Shown in pieces: positions 15,183 through 20,000 of a DNA stretch of 20,000 bases. The stretch's first letter is position 1, and every line of letters begins with the position of its first letter. The notes below the pieces were generated by a model. It saw only the letters and a program-made list of their open reading frames with translations. It was not told the origin of the DNA and did not search any database. A program made the position numbers and the translations under genes. The stretch is from an uncultured virus (IMG/VR IMGVR_UViG_3300031758_000013) (Duplodnaviria; Heunggongvirae; Uroviricota; Caudoviricetes). The stretch lies in the IMG/VR virus record IMGVR_UViG_3300031758_000013; one strand, written 5' to 3'.

Positions 15183-15766
15183 CCACTATTTTTCGTGCGA
15201 AGATATTTTGCGATCATATGCATAATTGCTTGGTGCACATCTTCAGTTGCTTCGTATTCATGAATATCTACATGAATAGAAATATCAGCTAACTCGCGAG
15301 CTTTGCCTCCATTAAATCCAGTCAGAGCAATAGTTTTCATCTTGAGTTCTTTTGCTTTTTCTAAAGCTTTTACAACGTTGGGTGAATTACCACTTGAAGA
15401 GATAGCCACTAAAATATCATCTGGTCTACCAAGCTTATCTATCTGAAAGGAATAGACATCATCAAACGAGATATCATTGCCAATTGCAGTCATGAGTGGA
15501 ATATTAGCAGCGAGTGAAATTACACGTGGCTTAAAGTTAAGACGAGAACATCCCTTTGTATAGTCACAGGCCCAGTGCTGAGCAATTGCAGCAGATGCGC
15601 CATTTCCAATTGTAAAGATATTATTATAATAGTGAGTGAGTGATGCGATATAGATTAGATCTGCCGCCTTTTGAACTTGCCGGCGATCTACAGAATCAAA
15701 TCCATATTTGATAGTCTGAACGTGCTGATCATAGATAATATCTAGAAGATTAATCTCTGTAGACAA
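15179..15766 (-). CDS. gmhA: Phosphoheptose isomerase (SIS domain)
   Basis: IFTIGNGASAAIAQH, MTAIGND, AISSSGNSPNVVKA, ALTGFNGG, TEDVH; TTG start at 15766 with AAGGAG SD. Confidence 0.88.
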   Translation of the reverse strand: MSTEINLLDIIYDQHVQTIKYGFDSVDRRQVQKAADLIYIASLTHYYNNIFTIGNGASAAIAQHWACDYTKGCSRLNFKPRVISLAANIPLMTAIGNDISFDDVYSFQIDKLGRPDDILVAISSSGNSPNVVKALEKAKELKMKTIALTGFNGGKARELADISIHVDIHEYEATEDVHQAIMHMIAKYLRTKNSG

Positions 15767-16700
15767 TTCTTGCTCCTTCGTGTGAAATACCCACATCAAG
15801 ACAGGTACGATCTGAGAACTCGTGTCGAATCTTTTCTTTAGATTCTGTGAGAGCTAGTATATAACCACCTCCACCAGCACCTAACAATTTAGCACCAAGT
15901 GCTTCTGCTTCTTTACACCGTTCATACATATTATCTATATCGTTATTCGATATTTCATTACTCATTTGTTTCTTAAGAACCCAAGCAGAATTAAGAAGTC
16001 GACCGTATTCAAGTGGATTTACTTTTTGAGTGCCTTGCATCTCTGCTATACGAGCGAGTTCACGAATAGTAAAAGTCTTAGCTTCAAAATTAATACTATC
16101 TAAAATCTTAGATGCATGATGTTCCATATTTGTAGGAATCAAAATCATATAGTTCTCGATACTATTCGAATCAAGGCGCTTTACATCAACTCTTCCTTGG
16201 CCAAGATCATTAGCGTACTCAATGTAGTTCATACCACCAAATGCAGATGCAAACTGATCTTGCATGCCAATATTCCAGCCACACAAATCAATTTCAATAT
16301 GGCATGCAGTTTTTGCTACTCCATATGGATTTATATATTCATAACCAAGGTATGCACTGAGCGCCTTGACAAGAGCACACGCAAACGCTGACGATCCACC
16401 AAGACCATTTCCAATCGTCGGAATATCTGCAAATGAAGTGATTTCAATATTTGACTTAATACCAAAAAACTTGAGAGCATTACGAACAATATCGTTCTGA
16501 ATATCTTCTACATTTGTCACAAGTTCTTGTTTTGAATAAGATACTTTAATGTGTTTATGTGGTGTCTGCATGACTGCTACGTAGACATACTTATCAATAG
16601 CAGTAGAGATTGTAGCGCCACCCCATTGAGCAAAGTGAGTAGGAATATCACTACCCCCACCGAAAAAACTAACTCTGAGTGGTGCCTTGGATAAGATCAC
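15750..16700 (-). CDS. hddA: GHMP kinase, D-glycero-alpha-D-manno-heptose 7-phosphate kinase-like
   Basis: APLRVSFFGGGSD, GNGLGGSSAF, GMQDQFASAFGGMN, GAKLLGAGGGGY. Confidence 0.88.
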   Translation of the reverse strand: MILSKAPLRVSFFGGGSDIPTHFAQWGGATISTAIDKYVYVAVMQTPHKHIKVSYSKQELVTNVEDIQNDIVRNALKFFGIKSNIEITSFADIPTIGNGLGGSSAFACALVKALSAYLGYEYINPYGVAKTACHIEIDLCGWNIGMQDQFASAFGGMNYIEYANDLGQGRVDVKRLDSNSIENYMILIPTNMEHHASKILDSINFEAKTFTIRELARIAEMQGTQKVNPLEYGRLLNSAWVLKKQMSNEISNNDIDNMYERCKEAEALGAKLLGAGGGGYILALTESKEKIRHEFSDRTCLDVGISHEGARIVYRD

Positions 16701-17658
16701 GGTGTTGTTCCTTTAATGATGCAATAAGACCCTTCCACTTCGGCATAATTGATTCCCAAGAGAATCGAGTATCAGTATAAGTTTTAATAAAACTTAGAAG
16801 GTTTGTTAAGTCATTATTTTGTATGTTTTCAATAGCATACATAAGAGTATGAGCGAAAATATTAGCATGAAGATTTTGATCTTCATGATCTCCATCATAT
16901 TGTACTGTTAGACCACCACATGTATCAGAAAGAGCAGAGAAGTTAGGGTGAACAGCCAAACAACCAGCAGACATAGCCTCGATAAGAGATCTGCATGAGG
17001 TTTCAGGCCAGATACAAGGGTATGCAAAAATGTGTGCTCTTTGATATGCTGCACGAACTGTCTCCTGATCTGCCCAACCATGATAGTTAATTTGTGGGTG
17101 TTCTTTCATTCTCTTGAAGAGAGGTTCATATTGTTGATCTCTGCTTTCCCAGCCTGGACCATAGATACCAAACGATGAGAAAACATCTAGTTCAATGTTT
17201 GGATACCGTTCAGCTAAAGCACAGAACACAGGAACTAGAATCTCTAGTCCACGATGAGGTGTGGATGTATAAATGAGACGTATCTTATCCTTTGGCTTTT
17301 CAACAAATGGAATTGGTTCAACACCAGTTTCAATAACTGATGACTGATGACTATATGGAACTCCAAGATAGTCACGATACTGTTGATATTGCCAGTTGCT
17401 GCTAAAGACCAACTTATCAAAGCGTTCTCTTGAAGCCGGGTCTTTAAGATGTGCAGCTTCTGGGTCGAGAGGTAAATCGTGGAGATGATAGATCTTAATT
17501 CGGTTAGGATCAAGGTCGCGGACGCGAGCAGTGATAATTTGAATACCATCGAGCTCTTCCCTTGTAAGTCGATTGAAGAGGCCTCGTGTGGTAAGTTCTG
17601 TTCCACCATTCGACTCCTTGTTGAGCTCATTCAATTCAATTAGATCTTCATTATTCAT
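16669..17658 (-). CDS. Glycosyltransferase, GT-B fold (GT4-like)
   Basis: GGTE, LIYTSTPHRGL, FAYPCIWPETSCRSLIEAMSAG; ATG 17658 (MNNEDL) preferred. Confidence 0.9.
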   Translation of the reverse strand: MNNEDLIELNELNKESNGGTELTTRGLFNRLTREELDGIQIITARVRDLDPNRIKIYHLHDLPLDPEAAHLKDPASRERFDKLVFSSNWQYQQYRDYLGVPYSHQSSVIETGVEPIPFVEKPKDKIRLIYTSTPHRGLEILVPVFCALAERYPNIELDVFSSFGIYGPGWESRDQQYEPLFKRMKEHPQINYHGWADQETVRAAYQRAHIFAYPCIWPETSCRSLIEAMSAGCLAVHPNFSALSDTCGGLTVQYDGDHEDQNLHANIFAHTLMYAIENIQNNDLTNLLSFIKTYTDTRFSWESIMPKWKGLIASLKEQHRDLIQGTTQS

Positions 17659-17992
17659 CAATATCTCCGATAAATTCACGGTCAGCAAGGAAGAAGTACT
17701 CTTTATCATTGAAAGCTTTATCATCGATCCATATATCGTATGACGGCTTTCCTAGACGAACTTCGTGGAACTTGCATCCCCAGTCATTTAGTTGTTGGTT
17801 GGTAAGTTCGGTCCAGTCGATTCCCGACCCTGAACCACGGGCAGTCCAATAGATGATGGTGTGCCCTTGATCGTATAGTTTATTTATCTCTTCGATACGA
17901 TGATAGAATGGGATGGACATATCATAACGATGTACATCATTGATCTTAGGTGTCAGACAAACAGTCTGGTCAATGTCTACCATATAGATCAT
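17651..17992 (-). CDS. Small HAD-superfamily phosphatase (capsule-biosynthesis type)
   Basis: VDIDQTV, IYWTARG, GKPSYDIWIDDKA. Confidence 0.88.
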   Translation of the reverse strand: MIYMVDIDQTVCLTPKINDVHRYDMSIPFYHRIEEINKLYDQGHTIIYWTARGSGSGIDWTELTNQQLNDWGCKFHEVRLGKPSYDIWIDDKAFNDKEYFFLADREFIGDIDE

Positions 17993-18285
17993 GGTTCTTC
18001 ACTAAATCCAATAATCGAATCATAGCGGAATGAACGCCATCCCTGGGCTTCTACATCCCATACTGCTAAAACGTCTGGATTCGGAGTCTTCTTTTGTACC
18101 GCTTCTTCAATATCAGTCTGAGCTGGAAGAAGATCTGATTTTAATGTACAAAGCATCTTACGCTCTGTACCATCTTTCTTTACAAAAATTACCTGAACGA
18201 CGCTCTTATGAAGAGCTTCTTTTAAGTAATTATTCTGCCAGGAAGTGCTGCTCTGGTCTGTTGTAGTATTCAATGAGTTTGTCAT
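17989..18285 (-). CDS. WYL_2 / SH3-like beta-barrel phage protein
   Basis: VIFVKKDGTERKMLCTL...VWDVEAQGWRSFRYD. Confidence 0.85.
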   Translation of the reverse strand: MTNSLNTTTDQSSTSWQNNYLKEALHKSVVQVIFVKKDGTERKMLCTLKSDLLPAQTDIEEAVQKKTPNPDVLAVWDVEAQGWRSFRYDSIIGFSEEP

Positions 18286-18481
18286 AACCACCAACCTTAT
18301 TTTCATCAATAATAATAAAAGGAACTGTCTTTACTTCTGGAAAGATACTAATGAATTCTTCTCTAGTCAAATCAACGCCAATCTTCATTTCTGTGTATGA
18401 CTGTTGCTTAAGACTAAAGAAGTTTTTTGCCTGCACACAATACGGACAATTGTCTTTTGTGTAAAGTACAATATTACTCAT
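18230..18481 (-). CDS. Glutaredoxin
   Basis: YTKDNCPYCVQAK, KTVPFIII, VGGYDKL; ATG 18481. Confidence 0.95.
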   Translation of the reverse strand: MSNIVLYTKDNCPYCVQAKNFFSLKQQSYTEMKIGVDLTREEFISIFPEVKTVPFIIIDENKVGGYDKLIEYYNRPEQHFLAE

Positions 18482-18740
18482 CAGAACTCTTTCCTTTATA
18501 GAGATTAGATGTAGCGCGAGGATCGCCATAAACTTCATTAGCGCGCTTCTTTACAAAGGGCATATTCTTAGAAATTCCACGAACGGTGATCCAAGGATTC
18601 AAGCCTTTCTTCCACGCAGCAATCTTATTCAACGCACTTTCAATTCCAGCTCGAGCGCTCCGAGCTTCTTTAACACCATTCACAACAGATCTCCGCTGTG
18701 ACTTCGAAGTCAGCGCCTTACGAATTTTCTTTTTACCCAT
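18474..18740 (-). CDS. Basic hypothetical protein
   Basis: AWKKGLNPWITV...NMPFVKKRANEVYGDPR; coupled on both sides. Confidence 0.8.
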   Translation of the reverse strand: MGKKKIRKALTSKSQRRSVVNGVKEARSARAGIESALNKIAAWKKGLNPWITVRGISKNMPFVKKRANEVYGDPRATSNLYKGKSSDE

Positions 18741-19291
18741 TATGTATTCTCCTTAGCAGCATTCCAACAATTACCATATCTACTCACGTGATTTAAACTA
18801 TCATTTACGGCTCGATATACTGGCTCATGATTATAATCATGTCCTGCAATAATACCACCCGGTTTAACTTTTGGTAACCATGCTGCAATATCTGCAACTA
18901 CAGAATCATAGTCATGTGCAGCATCAATAAAAACAAAATCAATACTGTTGTTAACATATGTGGCCGCGGCAGCTACACTTTCTGATTGAGTAACGTTATA
19001 ATAACCTTCAACTGGCGACATGTTCGCTTTAAAAGCATTATATAGTGTATTATTGATTACGTCTAGATCTCCAGATAATTCTTCACTTCCCAAAAAATTA
19101 TCGATAGCATCAAAACGAATATCTTTACCACTATTAATAATTTCAACAGCCATAAAGGAAGTCGATCGGCCTTTCCATGAACCAACTTCTACAAAGTGAG
19201 CTGGCGATGGTGACTGGCGAACAATATCAGAATAAAAGCTAAAATCAACTTCATTAAAATATCCTTCGACATTATTAGCAAAATGTTCCAT
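18740..19291 (-). CDS. Class I SAM-dependent methyltransferase (Methyltransf_24-like)
   Basis: VEVGSWKGRST, IDFVFIDAAHDYDSV..DIAAWLPKVKPGGIIAGHDY. Confidence 0.92.
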   Translation of the reverse strand: MEHFANNVEGYFNEVDFSFYSDIVRQSPSPAHFVEVGSWKGRSTSFMAVEIINSGKDIRFDAIDNFLGSEELSGDLDVINNTLYNAFKANMSPVEGYYNVTQSESVAAAATYVNNSIDFVFIDAAHDYDSVVADIAAWLPKVKPGGIIAGHDYNHEPVYRAVNDSLNHVSRYGNCWNAAKENT

Positions 19292-19300
19292 TATGTATCC

Positions 19301-19396
19301 TTACTTTTTGTTTTTCCGACCATTACGGGCTTTGCGCTTTGTCGAACCAATTTTACGACGACCTTTACGAGGGCGATTCTTTGACGGATGTGGCAT
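19301..19396 (-). CDS. Tiny Arg/Lys-rich protein (31 aa), not in ORF track
   Basis: MPHPSKNRPRKGRRKIGSTKRKARNGRKNKK*; GAGGTG SD; promoter upstream. Confidence 0.8.
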   Translation of the reverse strand: MPHPSKNRPRKGRRKIGSTKRKARNGRKNKK

Positions 19397-19427
19397 TTTT
19401 CACCTCAGTTATAATATGTTATAAGTA

Positions 19428-19814
19428 TTATATAATACTTTTCTCAATTAATGTCAACTCATTTTCTCTATCTATATACTTATACTCTACTTTAGTGGGA
19501 TTCCATTCTTCAATAGCATCAAATACATCTTGAATATTGAGTGCACTGCATGTGTATACGTCAAGTTGTGCTAGAGCAGGTTCTGCTTCATCCCAAACAT
19601 GAAGAGCAATATGAGAAGTTTCGATAATAGTTACAGCAGTTAATCCTTGATTACCAACCATATCAGAATATACTGCATATGGACCCATAAGTATGTTCAT
19701 GCCAATCTTATCGACGAGATTTCTCATCCAGTCTTTTATTTCGTGTGGCAAATATGGAGGTTCGCTCAGCTCTGCTCTTACAATTAAATGCTTATGTTCT
19801 AATATCTTACCCAC
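19428..19814 (-). CDS. speD: S-adenosylmethionine decarboxylase proenzyme (SpeD-like)
   Basis: HKHLIV, GLTAVTIIETSHIALHVW, QLDVYTCS; GTG 19814 likely start (track start 19859). Confidence 0.85.
   Translation of the reverse strand: MGKILEHKHLIVRAELSEPPYLPHEIKDWMRNLVDKIGMNILMGPYAVYSDMVGNQGLTAVTIIETSHIALHVWDEAEPALAQLDVYTCSALNIQDVFDAIEEWNPTKVEYKYIDRENELTLIEKSII
19429..19457 (-). promoter_or_regulatory. Sigma70-type promoter
   Basis: TTGACA-N17-TATATA, same architecture as the tmRNA promoter. Confidence 0.7.
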
Positions 19815-19815
19815 C

Positions 19816-19998
19816 TCATAAAGTCTCCTGTTCGGGGTTAAAGAGTAGAGCCTTGACATGACTCGCTTGAATTTTACAACTTACCCAGTTATTGTAAAAT
19901 TTTGGATCTAGTATTGCATCATGATCAAAAATATACTTTGTTTCAAAGTAATTGCACTCACCACGAGATTTACATAAACGAAGAATAGTTCGTTTGAA
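19816..19998 (-). CDS. C-terminal part of a GIY-YIG/Seg-like phage protein (truncated by window edge)
   Basis: FKRTILRLCKSRGECNYFETKYIFDHDAILDPKFYNNWVSCKI...*; resembles the F-x-R-x-IL...E...YN end of GIY-YIG domains. Confidence 0.6.
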   Translation of the reverse strand, partial: FKRTILRLCKSRGECNYFETKYIFDHDAILDPKFYNNWVSCKIQASHVKALLFNPEQETL

Positions 19999-20000
19999 GT

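Noticed and set aside
1868..19533. Plus-strand and alternative-frame ORFs in the track (e.g. 2068-2451, 7278-7685, 8016-8516, 17244-17630)
   Set aside because: Shadow ORFs fully overlapping well-supported minus-strand genes, with no recognisable motifs

Overview
Segment of a T4-like (large myovirus) phage genome, most likely infecting an alphaproteobacterium judging by the tmRNA type. Nearly all genes are on the minus strand: T4 core genes (gp32 SSB, gp59, gp33, RNase H, glutaredoxin), PhoH, a PD-(D/E)XK exonuclease, DUF932, a heptose/sugar-modification cluster (GmhA, HddA-like kinase, HAD phosphatase, glycosyltransferase, methyltransferases), a SAM decarboxylase and small early genes behind TTGACA-N17 promoters. 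One plus-strand, 5'-truncated virion-type protein carries a peptidase M15-like motif. The highlight is 5806-6812: a circularly permuted two-piece tmRNA gene (tag ANDNDSVVGIRLAA) whose normally short intervening segment is 471 nt and holds an HNH endonuclease gene. That gene has its own late promoter and its stop codon lies inside the mature tmRNA. It is followed by an unassigned, heavily base-paired ~250 nt leader of a cell-wall hydrolase. Also found outside the ORF track: a 44-aa ArfA-like (ribosome rescue) ORF, an orphan duplicate of the phoH 3' end, and a repeat-rich gene 32 leader. All calls are from manual reading; no searches were run.
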